From an uncultured Gemmatimonadaceae bacterium (GTDB lineage Bacteria; Gemmatimonadota; Gemmatimonadetes; Gemmatimonadales; Gemmatimonadaceae), in assembly GCA_963829055.1 (NCBI GenBank), contig CAWHHI010000008.1, positions 64,001 to 128,000 of the forward strand: DNA of 64,000 nucleotides, written 5' to 3'. Position numbers and translations under genes: made by a program. Below, piece by piece: positions 1 through 12,500 of this stretch. The notes under the pieces were generated by a model. It was given only the letters and a program-made list of their open reading frames with translations, searched no databases and was not told the origin of the DNA. Position 1 is the first letter of the stretch; each line of letters opens with the position of its first letter.

Positions 1-344
1 CGATGAACCGATGACCATGCGTCGACATCGCGATGAGGTCGCAATGCTCTCGCTCCGCCGCCGCGGCGATCTCGGCCGATGGGTCACCTGACGCGAGCAG
101 GGCTTCGGCTGCCAGCCCGTCGCGTCGAGCGACGCACCGCGAGGCGCTCGATGTACTCGCGGTCGTCGCGCATCTCCTCGGACTCGCGAAGATTGAGATG
201 CCGGATGTTCCGCGCCGCCCACCCGTCGGCCACGTGGATCAGCACGATGGACGCGCCGCAGTACTGGGCCAGTTGGCGCACGTGGTCGAGAATCCGCTCG
301 TCGTAGCTGGAGTTCTCGACAGGAACGAGAATGCGATGGTACAT
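1..344 (-). CDS. Universal stress protein (partial, runs off window start; frameshifted)
   Basis: MYHRILVPVENSSYDERILDHVRQLAQYCGASIVLIHVADG is a typical Usp N-terminus; ATG at 344, directly after mntH. Confidence 0.8.
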
Positions 345-345
345 G

Positions 346-1745
346 TCAGCGCGAGCCAGTTGCTGGAACGTCTGCCAGAGCAGCCACGCGTTGAGGCCGG
401 CGATCACGAATGCCACCAGATACGCGAGGATCTTGAGCCACGTCGCGTTCACGAACTCGCCCATCTTCACGCGGTCGGACGTGAACATCACGAGCGGAAA
501 GACAGCGAACGAGAGTTGAAGACTGAGGACGACCTGGCTCGAGCACCAGGAGCTTCGCGGTCCCACTTTCTCCGTACAAGATGGCGACGATGGCAGCCGG
601 CACAATGGCGATTGCCCGTGTGATCGAGCCGCCTGCAGCCAGGGTCGGATGCGGATGTTGAGGAATCCCTCCATCACGATCTGACCGGCGAGCGTGCCGG
701 TCAGCGTCGAGTTCTGGCCCGACGCCAAGCAGCGCGAGCGCGAACACGACGCTCGCCGCCCCCACGCCAAGCAGCGGCGTGAGCAGCTGGTACGCGTCCT
801 GGATCTCCGCCACCTGCGTGTTACCCGTTCGGTGGAACGTCGCCGCGGCGACGATCAGAATGGCCGCGTTGATGAAGAGCGCGAACGACAGCGCGATCGT
901 CGAATCGAGGAACGCGATAGCGCACCGCTTCGCGTTTCCCTGCCGACGTCAGATCGTAGCGCCGCGTCTGCACGATGGACGAGTGCAGGTAGAGATTGTG
1001 CGGCATCACGGTCGCGCCGAGGATGCCGATCGCGATGTACAGCTTGTCGGGATCCTGAAGAATGCTCGGGCTTGGAATGAATCCTCGCATCACACCGCCG
1101 AGCTCGGGGCGCGACACGATGAGCTCGAACAGAAAGCAGAGGCCGACGGTCGCGACGAGCGTGATGACGAGCGCCTCGAGCACCCGGAAGCCCTTGTTCT
1201 GCAGGTAGAGCACGATCAGCACGTCGAGCGCGGTGATTCCTACGCCCCACGCGATCGGGATGTGAAACAGCAGGTTGAGCGCGATGGCCGTGCCGATGAC
1301 TTCGGCGAGGTCACAGGCCGCGATCGCGATCTCGCACAGCACCCACAGCACGAAGTTGACGCGCGGCGAGTAGTGATCGCGGCATGCCTGAGCGAGATCG
1401 CGACCCGAGACGATGCCGAGCTTCGACGCCAACCCCTGCAGCAGGACGGCCATCAGGTTCGAGATCAGGATGACGCTCAGCAGCGTGTATCCGAATCGGG
1501 AGCCGCCGGCGAGGTCGGTCGCCCAGTTGCCGGGATCCATGTAGCCGACGGCAACCAGGTATCCGGGGCCGGCGAATGCGAGAATCTTCCGCCACCACGT
1601 CGCGCCCGTAACCGGGACGGAGCGGTAGACATCGGAGAGACTCGGCGTGACACGAGAGAGGCGCCACCCCGCGTCGTCGTGCGCGGTCGACGCGCGCGAC
1701 GCGTGGTGGTTCGGGTTTTCGCGGAGATATGCGTGGTGCGGTCAT
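346..1745 (-). CDS. mntH: Nramp-family divalent metal (Mn2+) transporter, split by several frameshifts
   Basis: DPGNWATD and MPHNLYLHS motifs in ORF 821-1540; [17 protein letters not shown] and SQVVLSLQL in ORF 84-770. Confidence 0.9.
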
Positions 1746-1793
1746 ATGGGGCGCGGCGACGCCGGTCGGTTTCAGGCTAGTGAAAATTATGTT

Positions 1794-1812
1794 TTAGGTT
1801 CGGCTAACATAT
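1794..1812. promoter_or_regulatory. DtxR/IdeR/MntR-family metal-repressor operator upstream of mntH
   Basis: TTAGGTTCGGCTAACATAT matches the DtxR/IdeR consensus TTAGGTTAGGCTAACCTAA at 16/19 positions; next to a minus-strand CATAAT -10 box at 1786-1791. Confidence 0.7.
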
Positions 1813-1844
1813 GTCGAAATCGCGAAACGGGCAAGCGACGCATG

Positions 1845-2478
1845 TCACACGCGGCGACAACGCGCTAGCCGAGCAGCGAGCAGCAGGTTGTTGAGTATCC
1901 GCTCCGTCATGCCCCACACGACGTGACCCGCCGAGCGAATAGCTCGGGACGCGCCACGTCGTGCCGCGCGCGGTGACTTCGGATTCAACCGCCACCTCCG
2001 GATCGCCAAGTGAGGCGAGTGAGACCCAGAACGTCGACGCGACCTCGTCGCTGATCTCGATCGTGACGTCCGCGCGGACCACGGCGACGAACGGCGTGAC
2101 AATGATCGACGGCAACATCGCGGAGCGCGGCCGGAGCTCGTCGAGTGTGCCTAACACGAGACCGTCTCGCGCGAGATCGATCCCGGTCTCTTCGCGCGTC
2201 TCGCGGACGGCGGTGTCCTGCAGCGTGGCGTCGGTGGGGTCGTAGCGCCCGCCCGGCAGCGCGATGTGGCCGCTCCATGGGTCGTTCTCGCGCTCGGAGC
2301 GCTTGATCAGCAGCAGCTCCACGTCGCCCTCCGCCGTGTGCCTCAACACGATGGCAACCGCCGCTCGGCGTGGCGCGCCATCATCGGGCGCGAGCGCACC
2401 GGGACGCTCGGCCAGCACCCGACGCAGATGCTCGAAGCGTCGGATGATCGATGAGCGTCAGAGCGTCGTCACGCGCAT
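1845..2478 (-). CDS. Nudix hydrolase, CoA pyrophosphatase (NudL-like), frameshifted
   Basis: SGHIALPGGR...TAVRETREETG Nudix box; C-terminal VWGMTERIL in another frame. Confidence 0.85.
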
Positions 2479-2481
2479 CGC

Positions 2482-2847
2482 TCAATCCTCGACCGGGCCT
2501 CCGACCGCGATCCAGCCTCCGAACCCGTCGGCCATCGACGTCACGTCGGTGTAGCCCATCTGCTGCAGCGTGTCGGCCGCCAGCGCCGAGCGGTTCCCGC
2601 GCGCGCAGTAGATCACGATGGGCTGCGACGCGATCGACACGCGCTTCGATGTTCGACTCCAGGTTTCCGCGCGGGAGGTGCATCGCGTCAGGCAGGTGCC
2701 CGAGGTTCCATTCGTTAGGCTCGCGGACGTCGAGGTAGATGACGTTGGCGTTTCTGTTGTTGCATCTCCAGGACCTCCTGCGGCGTCAGCTCGCGGATGC
2801 GCTGCTTCGCCTCGGTGACGAGGTCCGTCTCCGGTCTTGTAGGTCAT
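2482..2847 (-). CDS. Rhodanese-like domain protein (frameshifted)
   Basis: IVIYCARGNRSALAADTLQQMGY...MADGFGGW; HLPRGNLE in an alternate frame. Confidence 0.85.
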   Translation of the reverse strand: MTYKTGDGPRHRGEAAHPRADAAGGPGDATTETPTSSTSTSASLTNGTSGTCLTRCTSRAETWSRTSKRVSIASQPIVIYCARGNRSALAADTLQQMGYTDVTSMADGFGGWIAVGGPVED

Positions 2848-3805
2848 GGGTTGCTCTCGATCAGGCGATCGTTAGGGTCGGCTGCACCGCCAGCGTGCGA
2901 CGGTCGGTATCCAACACGGCGGGGGCGCCAAGCGGGAGCGTCCACTGGTCGTCGATGTGGCCGATGGGGACGCCCGACATCGCCGGCACCGTCGAGCAGA
3001 TCTGCCACCTCGATGATGACATCATCGAGGCCGCGCGCTCCGTCGTCGGAGGCCTCTGGGCAGTTCGTGCACATCGCCGAACACGATGCCGCGGACGCCG
3101 TCGAGCAGCCCCGCGAGCAGCAATTGGCGCAGCATGCGGTCGACGCGATACACCGCCTCGCCGACGTCTTCGAGCACGAGGATCGTGTCATCGAGTCGTG
3201 GCGCGAACGGCGTGCCGGCCAGGGCGGCCAGGAGCGAGAGGTTCCCGCCCGCGAGTATTCCCTGCGCGCTCCCGCCGCGCAGCACACGCGCATCGGTCGC
3301 GACGCCACACGAGTCACCACCGTGAATGAGCGCGCAGGCGAGCGAGTCGCGCGAGAACGCCGACATCACCGCGCGCGCCGTCGGTCCGTGATACGTGACG
3401 AGCTCGCTCCGACGAGCGAATGCCGCATGCAGCGCTGTGATATCGGAGTACCCGATGATCGGTTTCGGTCGACGCGCCATTGCGTCGTAGTCGAGTGTGT
3501 CGAGAATGCGCATCGCGCCGTAGCCGCCACGCAGACACCACACCGCATCGATCGAATCGTCGGTGAGCGCATGATTGAGATCAGCCGCGCGTTGTGCATC
3601 CACGCCAGCGAAGTAGCCATCACGAGCGAGTGCGTGTTCGCCTACCACTGGTTCCCAACCAAACGAGCGCACGTTGTCGATGGCGCGCGCGAGGTCCGCA
3701 TCGCCACGCAATGGTCCCGCCGGCGCGACGAGCGCGACACGCGCGCCCTCGCTCAGCAGCGGAGGACGACGCGCGCGCAGAACCGCGGGGGTGCTCGTGT
3801 GTCAA
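2844..3805 (-). CDS. ldcA: LD-carboxypeptidase (peptidase S66), frameshifted
   Basis: CLRGGYG, GYSDITALH, GGNLSLL and LEDVGE motifs. Confidence 0.85.
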
Positions 3806-3911
3806 AGCGCTCCTTGGCACATGCGTTGCCACTGCCTCCTCCGCCTATGGTGCGGCAGACCGTTCCGCCGCACATGGAGGACGCAGTCAAAATATGCTGG
3901 AGGGTACTGCC

Positions 3912-4486
3912 ATGGCGGACCAGAACAAGAATCGTGGCTCGAGCGGCGGCAATCCGAATGACGACGAGAGCATGAAGGGCTCGTCAGGCTCGCAGCGCGG
4001 ATCGTCGGGTGGCTCATCAGGCGGCTCGTCAGGAGGGTCATCCGGCGGGTCATCTCGTGGGTCGCAGGGAGGCAGTGGCTCGGGCGCTGGCGGCTCCGGT
4101 GGCAGTGGCCAGTCCGAAGGCATGGGTGACGAAGATGACCTGACGGGTGGCACGGGCGGATCAGGTGGCACGTCGGGACGCGGCGGCTCGTCAGGCACAG
4201 GCGGAACGGGCGGCTCCGGCGGCGGCATGGGCGGCTCCGGGTCGGAAGTGGAAGCGGTGGTGGAACGGGAGGCAGCAGCGGAGCCGGCAGGAGCGGCACC
4301 GGCGGCAGTGGTTCCGGTGGAAGCAGCGGCGGTGGCATGGGCGGTAGTGGTGGCGGCACAGGCGGAAGCGGCGGCGGTGGATCGCAGCGTGGCGGATCAT
4401 CGGGCGGCTCCGGCGGATCTGGAACTGGCGGTTCCGGCGGATCGGGCAGCTCTGGTGGATCCGGTGGCTCGGGCGGCAACCGCTAA
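3912..4486 (+). CDS. Gly/Ser-rich low-complexity hypothetical protein (one frameshift near 4240)
   Basis: GGAGGG RBS before ATG 3912; GGSSGG/GGTGG repeats; TAA at 4484-4486 followed by a terminator. Confidence 0.65.
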
Positions 4487-4520
4487 GCACAGTCGCACAC
4501 TGTTCGCGGACCTCGAGACG

Positions 4521-4546
4521 GGGCGGCCCAACGGGCCGCCCTTTTT
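4521..4546 (+). terminator. Rho-independent terminator
   Basis: GGGCGGCCC-AAC-GGGCCGCCC-TTTTT. Confidence 0.85.
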
Positions 4547-4610
4547 CACGTCGGTCTACTGCCTGACGAGTGCGTCTCGTGCCGCGCCAGACCGCTGCCT
4601 AGATTGGCGC

Positions 4611-5880
4611 ATGTCTCTCACTACCCGCGTTCTCATCGCGCTCGTCGCTGGCATTGGCGGGGGCGTCGCCATCGCGAGCAGTGGCTCCCCGCGTCTCGCC
4701 AGCGCCGCGCTCGCGATCGAGCCGCTCGGCACGCTGTGGATCAACGCCATCCGAATGACGGTGATTCCGCTGGTCGTCGGAAGTCTGATCGTCGGCATAA
4801 CGAGTGCGCCGAACGCGAGGTCCATCGGTCGCGTCGGTCGAGGGGCGATCGTGTTTTTCATCGTGACGCTGTTTGCCGCCGCTGCGTACGCGGCACTCCT
4901 CGCACCGCCGCTGATCAACCGAATTCCGCTCGATCCCGCCGCCATCGCGTCCATGAAGGCGAGCGCGTCGAGCGCGGGAACGACCGCGGCGCAGAACGCG
5001 ACGAATATTCCGACGTTCTCCCGGTGGCTCGTCGACCTGGTCCCGGCAAACCCGGTCAAGGCCGCAGCCGACGGCGCGCTTCTGCCGCTGATCATCTTCA
5101 CCCTGATGTTCGGGCTCGCGCTCCTTACGCTGCCGGCAGAGCGGAAAGTCGCCGGTGATCGCGTTCTTTCAGGGCCTTGGCGACGCGGCGTTGACCGTCG
5201 TGCGATGGGTGCTGCAGCTCGCACCGCTCGGCGTGTTCGCGCTCGCGCTCCCGCTCGCGACGCGCATGGGAGCGTCGGCCGCCGGCGCGCTCGCCGCGTT
5301 CGTCGTCACGGTCATTGGTATCACGGTCTCGTTCGCCGTCGTCGTCCTGTATCCACTCGCCGCCGTTGTCGGACGCGTGCCGTTAGGCGAGTTCGCGCGC
5401 GCGATCTTCGCCGCGCAGGCGGTCGCGTTCAGCTCGCGGTCGTCACTGGCGGCACTGCCCGCGATGATCGAGAGTGCTCGTTCCCGACTCGGACTTCCGC
5501 CAGAGATCTCCGGCTTCTTCCTCCCGCTCGCGGCGTCGACGTATCGCGTTGCGGGCGCGCTCGCGCAGCCGACCGCCGTGCTCTTCATCGCCCGGCTCTA
5601 CGGCGTCGAACTGACGGCCACGCAACTCATGACGGTCGTGCTGACCGTCGTGCCGACGACGTTCAGCGTCCCCGGCATTCCCGCTGGTTCGATCATCGTC
5701 ATGGTGCCGATCCTCATCGGCGCCGGCCTCCCCGCGGAAGGCATTGGCGTGCTGCTCGGCATCGACGCGATCACCGACATGTTTCGCACAGCCACCAATG
5801 TCACTGGCGACATGGTCGGTGCCGTCGTCCTCGGCCGGCGCGACCGCGTCGCGCGCCGCTCCAATGCGCGCCGTGAGTGA
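4611..5880 (+). CDS. Dicarboxylate/amino acid:cation symporter (GltP-like), frameshift near 5155
   Basis: Hydrophobic helices; AFSSRSSLAALP and DMFRTATNVTGD motifs. Confidence 0.9.
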
Positions 5881-7146
5881 AGCGACGCCCTAACGCGGAT
5901 CGGCGACGGCCGCGCGAATCGCGGTGCGGCTGATGGATCTCGCGCGGGACATCGCGGTGGCACTCGCCATCGCGTCGCCATGGATCGTCGTGCCCGTCGG
6001 TCACGATGTGGCGCATCCGCCGCTCGCGCGATCTGGCCGAGCTTCCGGCTGATCCGCCTCCCGATGCGCCGCTCGTTTCGGTGGTCATCCCGGCGCGCGA
6101 CGAGCGCCGCAACATTGAAGCGTGCCTGCGATCCGTCGCTCGACGCGTCGTATCCAGCGCTCGATGTGGTCGTTGTCGACGATCGCTCGAGCGACGGAAC
6201 GGGCGACGTCGTTCGAGCACTGAGCCGCGAGGACGCGCGTGTTCGACTCATCGAGAACCCGGAGCTGCCGGACGGTTGGTTCGGGAAGCCGTGGGCCTGC
6301 ACCACCGGGCGCCAACGCGGCGCAAGGGTGAGATCATCTGCTTCACGGACGCGGACGCCGTGCCACGGCACCAGCGCTCGTCGCGCGCGCCGTTCGGGAA
6401 ATGCAGGCGAACCGGCTGGACATGCTCTCCGTCGCCGGACGCCAGGAGCTCGGCAGCTTCTGGGAGCGCATCGTCCAGCCGCACGTGTTCTGGATGCTCG
6501 GCAGCTCGCTACGGTGGCACCGAGGCGGTCAACCGATCGCGCAAGGTCGAGGACAAGATCGCGAACGGTCAGTGCATATTCGTTAGGCGCGACGCGTACG
6601 AAGCCGTCGGCGGACACGGTGCCGTACGGGAGCACGTGGCCGAGGACGTCGCGCTGGCACAGCATCTGTTCGCGTCCGGAAAGCGCACGGCGCTGATCCT
6701 CGGCCACGACGAGCTCACGACGCGCATGTACACGTCGCTGCGCGAGATCATGGCGGGGTGGCGCAAGAACGTCTTCGCCGGCGGACGCGAGGCCATGCCG
6801 TTTGGGCGGCTCGGGCAGGTGATCTTCCCCGCCCTGCTGTTACTGATGCCGATCCTGACGCTCGCCCCGCCGCTCGTGCTCGCCGGTGCCGCGGTCGTCG
6901 GGGCACCGGCGCTCGCTCACGCTAGCCGCCGACAATCGCGGTCGCCGCGGAGCTCGCCACGTGGGCGGTCGTGTACCGCTGGATGGGCGTGCCGGTTCGC
7001 TACGCCCTGCTTTTCCCGTTAGGCGCCGCCGTGTTCGCGGTCATCGCGCTGCAGGCGATCGGCCGCGGATCACGGGTGGAATGGAAGGGGCGCGCCTACG
7101 TCACGCCCCCCCGGCGCACGGCTCGACGATCTCGCGCTTGACCTGA
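5873..7146 (+). CDS. Family 2 glycosyltransferase (CrtQ/HpnB-like), frameshifted
   Basis: VSVVIPARDE, DDRSSDGT, GWFGKPWAC, FTDADA, ANGQC, EDVALA and VEWKGR motifs across frames. Confidence 0.8.
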
Positions 7147-8247
7147 CGCTGGTCCGCGATGATCCGGAAGAACTCGTCCTCGTAGTCGAGCACGCGCTTC
7201 CGGTAATTGTCTTCGAGCGGAAGCTTCGCGTAGAGGTCACGGATGGCGGCCTTCTGCGCGGCGAATTTCCCCAGCACCGCCGGCAGATCCGCTGGCGGGA
7301 AGCACGGACCACGGAACAAGCGCTCCTGCACCGTCTTGATGCCGAGCCGTGGGTCAGGCTTCGCGTATCGCGCGAACACCGCACCCGACCAGTCGAAGTC
7401 GTACGGCACCGGCATGTAGCGGCCGTCCGGTGTCGTCATGAGGCGGATGTTGTGCAGCGAGGAGAGCGACCAGTCGGTGTTGCCAAGGAAGTACGCGAAC
7501 AAGCTGATGAGCATCATCTGCGTCGGATCGACGTCGCCGAACGTGGCGCCGCGCAGCGTCAGGACGCGGCCGCCGTTCCGCTTGGACATGTCACTCTCAT
7601 CTTCGATGAGCAGGCCGAACCTCGTGAACGCGTCCTTCTCCTCGCCCACCGGCACGTAGTTCACGCGCGCCAGACGCGACTTGAAGCTCGCGTCCGTCAA
7701 CATGTTCAGCACCTCATACGCGGCGTGCTCGCGCACCGGGTACTCGGCGAACTCCTTGTCGCGCATCTGACAGTGCGTTCCGAGCTTGAGTGCTTTCTGA
7801 CCGGCGAACGGCGTGCCCTTGAGACCTTCCTTCGGGAAGATCAGCACGGAGCGGAGGGAAGTTGCAGATGTCGTTGCGCAGACGGAAATGTCCGCGTGGC
7901 GAGATCTCGACTGGAATCGCGACGGGGTTGCCTGACGAGTCGTTCACCGTCAACGTCGCCTTGGTCGTCTTCACCTTGAGCGTGTCGCGGCTCTTGAACG
8001 TCGCCTTGAAGTCGGCAGTCAGCGTGAACTCGAGCGGCTCATCGCGCCGAACAGCCGCTCGGTGCGTCGCTTGGCGGCCGCCATCTCCTCGGGCGTGATC
8101 GGCTGTGTCTTGTCCTTCTTCGGCTTCGGCTCCTTCGCCGCCCGCCGCTTTCTCCGGCTTCGGCGTGAGCTGTTGCGCCGGTGCGACGACGCTCGCACAC
8201 AGGAGCGCGAGAACCGGCAACAATCGGGTGCAGTGCATGGTGCGCAT
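7101..8247 (-). CDS. Secreted hypothetical protein, possible atypical (CotH-like) kinase fold; frameshifted
   Basis: Signal-peptide-like start; RGHFR, LGNTDWS...HNIRL...PYDFDWSG motifs. Confidence 0.55.
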
Positions 8248-8273
8248 GGTGCTGTTCCTCGAGGACGCTTCGT

Positions 8274-9409
8274 CTACTCCGAACTCGGATTCCGTTTCCA
8301 CGATCTCCACGCCGATGACGTACGGCGCGCCCTTCTCTCGCACGGTGTCCGCAAGGCTCTGCCGGCTGTAGCCCTTGCGTCATCCGCAGCTCGTATTCGA
8401 CCGACGTTCCGGTCTCGTTCGTCGACACACCACGATACCGCCAGCGCTTCGACTCGGACTCGAGCACGGGATCGATCGCGCCGCGGAGCGACGACGCATC
8501 GGACGTGAGGATACGCATCGTCGCGTCGTATCGCGCGTCCGAGCCGCTCCCCGCTAGCTCCCCCCTTCGCTTCCGCAATCGAGTCTCGAGCGCATCGAGC
8601 TGTGCCGGCGCGAGCGTTTCGAGCACTTCCGAATCGAGTCGCGCGACGAACTGCGAGGTGCGATTCGCGATCGCGGTCGCACGCTCGAGTTGCCGCTTGG
8701 CACGAACCCCTTCGAGCGACGGCGGCATGCGCGCGAAATCGCTCGTCCACAATATCAGCACGGCACCGTTGAACAACACGGACATCACCGCGGCGACCTC
8801 GATCTGCACGCCGCAGGCGAGCCCCAGCGCCGTCGCGAGGAAGATGAACGTCGCGTCCTTGCTGTCCTCGAGGTTCGTCCGAAAGCGGACGGCCGCTACG
8901 ATGCCCGCGAGGCTGAATGCCAGCGGCAGACTGTTCTTCACCAGTACAACCACTCCCGCTACCACCACCGGCATGAGCACGAGCGCGTGCACGTCGGATG
9001 GTCGGTATCCCTTTCGCTGCCGCGTGAACATGTAGACCCACGCGACGGGCAGCGCGAGCAGGAACGCGCTCGTCACCGCGATGACGACGAGAATGAGCGG
9101 CTGGAAGGGAGGGACGACGAAGTCCGCCGCCGGCATTCCGGTCGGATCGAGCTTGACGCCCGGCGCCCCGGTCGGGCGGAACGCGATGAGCGACGACATG
9201 ACGCCCATCACCTCGGCGCGCCCTCCGGCTGGCAGCAGCGCCCATGTCAGCGCGACGGCCGCGCCAAGGCCCAGGTAATAGAACACGACCCGGGCAATGA
9301 GACTGTGCGCGAAGTCGTTCAGGTTGTCGGCAGTTCGGCCGTTCTCGGCCATATAAGGACTCTCGACGGGTGACGTCGCGCGGTCGGCAGGCAGCACCGG
9401 CGGCGACAA
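8274..9409 (-). CDS. DUF4956-family membrane protein
   Basis: VKNSLPLAFSLAGIVAAVRFRTNLED...FIFLATALGLACG. Confidence 0.75.
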
Positions 9410-9550
9410 CCAGAATGGAAAGACCGGGGTGACTCGACCGTTTTTGCGGCCGGTACGATCATAACGTCGAACACTCGGTCTGGCGATATTTGACTATGCG
9501 CGCGGTGGAGCGATGACGGAGCTCGGTCACCGCCGGCGCACTGTGCGCGC

Positions 9551-12500
9551 GTGCCGACTCTCCGAGCCGCCGCCGCGCTCCTCGCCGCCGCCACCGACAT
9601 CACCGCCCTCGGCGCCATTGCCGCTGCGGTGGGGTGTCACACCCCGCCCGCAGCCCTCGACGGCGCAGCGCGCAGCGCGCTCGGCATTCCTGAAGAGTGC
9701 TCGGTCGCGCACGTCGCGCGGGGCCCGGACACGCTGCGTGCCCTGTTACTCGACGTGAACGACGGACCTCCGATGCGGGAGGTCATCACGCAACTCGCCC
9801 GCCGGCTCTCCTCGCGAGCTCCTCACCTGCTCTGGCTCGCGATCGCCTGCCGTGACACGAGCTCGGAAGTGGCCATCGCCGCCTGGACGCCGGGCCGAGC
9901 GGCGCCGCGGGTCAGCGCGCTGGTGGTAGATCGAACGCACGTGGTGGACAGCGACGCGGAAACGCTGTGCGCTCTGGCAGCCGGAATGGAAGCGGTGGAT
10001 GTGCTCACGCATGCGCGCTGGGTCGCGGTGCTCGGACGCGAGGCGGTGACGCGTCGGTTCTACCGGACACTCGAACGCCTGGTTGGCGCGCTGGCGGACA
10101 ACGCCGTGGGCCGCGCGACACCCGATGTTCGTCGCGAGATCGCGCTGCTGTACGCATCGCGTCTGCTCTTCCTCTCCTTTCTCGAAGCCAAGGAATGGCT
10201 CGACGGCGACCGCTCGTTCCTGGCGCGCCGCTACGACGACTGCATGGGAGCGCGAGGCGGCTTCCAGCGCCGCGTGCTCGTCCCGTTGTTCTTCGGAACG
10301 TTGAACACTCCGGTCCGATCACGCGCGCCCACGGCCAGGTCGCTCGGCAGAATTCCCTTTCTCAATGGCGGATTGTTCGCGCGTTCGCCGCTCGAGCGCG
10401 CGCACTCGCAACTCGAGCTTCGCGATGAGGAGCTCGGTCGCTTTCTCTCCGAGCTGCTCGGGCACTACCGGTTCACGGCGCGCGAAGAAAGCGCCGACTG
10501 GTCAGAGGCGGCCGTCGATCCCGAGATGCTCGGTCGGGCATTCGAGTCGCTCATGGCCGGGCAGGACCGGCGCAATACGGGAGCGTTCTTCACGCCGCAC
10601 GAGCTCGTGACGCGCGTGACGGACGAGGCGCTGACGCACGCGCTCGGAGTCTCGACCGACGAGCTCAGTCTCGTTAGGCCCGCGGATCGCACGGCGACCG
10701 AAGGCGTTGTCGCGGACTTCCAGCGCGCGCACGACATCCGTGCGCGACTCGCGACGCTTCGCCTGCTCGACCCTGCCTGCGGTTCCGGCGCGTTCCTCGT
10801 CCACGCCCTGGAACGCATCGCGAACCTGCTCTCCACGCTCGGCGACCCGCGCCCCGAGGCCGGACCTGCGACGTGCGGTGCTCACGAGCTCCATCTTCGG
10901 AGTGGACATGAACCCCACGGCGGTGTGGCTATGCCAGCTCCGCCTCTGGCTGTCCATCGTCATCGAGAGCCCGGCGCGCGACCCAGCACACGTCGCGCCG
11001 CTGCCGAACCTCGACCGCCACGTGCGCGTCGGGGATGCCCTCGCTGGCGATGACGTCACGACGCGTTCGCATCGTCGGGACCTCGGACGATCGCGCGATT
11101 GCGTACGCGTTATGCACGCGCCGTCGGCGTTCGGAAGCGCACGCTCGCGCGAGCATTGGACCGCGCCGAACGCACCGCCGCGCTCGCGGTGCTCGACCGC
11201 ACGCATCACCGCCATCACCGAAATGCGGCGCGACATGATCGTCGCCGCGCGTGGACACGATCTGTTCGGCGAGCAGAGCCGTTCCACCCGCTGCCACGCG
11301 TTCGCTGCTTGCGGAGCTCAAGGTCCAGCTACGAGGCGCCCGCGCACGGCGGAAGTCGCTGTCGTCGGGCGGAGCGCTCCCCTTCTCCTTCGCCACGCAT
11401 TTCGCCGACGTCGTGAACGCCGGCGGGTTCGACGTCGTCGTCGGCAATCCGCCATGGGTCCGCGTGCACCGCATTCCGGAGGCGGCGCGCGAGGCGCTCC
11501 GCCGCGATTACGCGAGCTATCGCGGTGCGGCGTGGCGTGCCGGCGCCCTGGCGGCACGCGCCGGATTGGGATTCGCGGCGCAGGTCGATCTCGCGGCCCT
11601 GTTCGTCGAACGGTCGCTCGCGGTCGCGGCACCCGACGGTGTCGTCGCGCTACTCGTTCCGGCGAAGCTCTGGAGGTCGCTCGCCGGCGGCGGCGTCAGG
11701 CAGCTACTCGCGTCGGAGCATCGACTGCTCGCGCTCGAAGACTGGTCCGACGCGCCTTCGCTGTTCGACGCCGCCGTCTACCCCTCGTTGTGCGTCGTTA
11801 GGCGCGGCAAAGGCCGGACAGCCGACACGCTGGCGGAAACGCAGCATCACCGTGCACGCGTCTCGCGTTGCCGCGACGTGGGGCGTGCATGCGCGCGAGC
11901 TCGGCCTCGACGACACGCCGGGCGCTCCGTGGCTCATGCTCCCCCACCCGGCGCGGCGCGCGTTCGAGGCTGTGCGCGCCGCGGGCACACCGTTCGCCGC
12001 GTCGCCGTTCGGTCCGCCACTGCTGGGCGTGAAGTGCGGATGCAACGGCGCGTTCATCGTGGAGTCGCGGGGTGGAACTACCGTCGCGAGCGAGAACGGC
12101 GCTGTCGTCGACATCGAGCCGGAACTGCTTCGGCCGCTCGTCCGCGGCGAGCACGTCACACGCTGGCGCATCGATGTGAACGGCGAACGGCTCATCTGGA
12201 CACACGGCGCGGACGGCGTGCCGCTCGATCGCCTGCCACCGCGGACCGAGCGATGGATGCGAAGCTGGCGTCGGCGGCTGATGGCTCGCTCTGACGCTCG
12301 AACGAGCGCGCCGCTGGTGGACGCTGTTCCGAACCGAGGCCGCGTCGGGAAACGCGGCGCGCGTCGTCTGGGCGGACTTCGGACGCGCGCTCACGGCGGC
12401 GGTGCTGCTCCCAGGCGATCCAGCGGTGCCGCTCAACACGTGCTATGCGGTTCGCTGCACCGACCCGCGCGACGCGTTCGCGTTGGCCGTTGTACTCAAC

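Noticed and set aside
779..1780. Long antisense ORFs here and elsewhere (e.g. 44642-45940, 54602-55729)
   Set aside because: Shadows of real genes in GC-rich DNA with no family motifs.
3594..5876. 760-aa ORF fusing the Gly-rich protein to the symporter
   Set aside because: Artefact of a frameshift near 4240; a stop codon and terminator separate the two genes.
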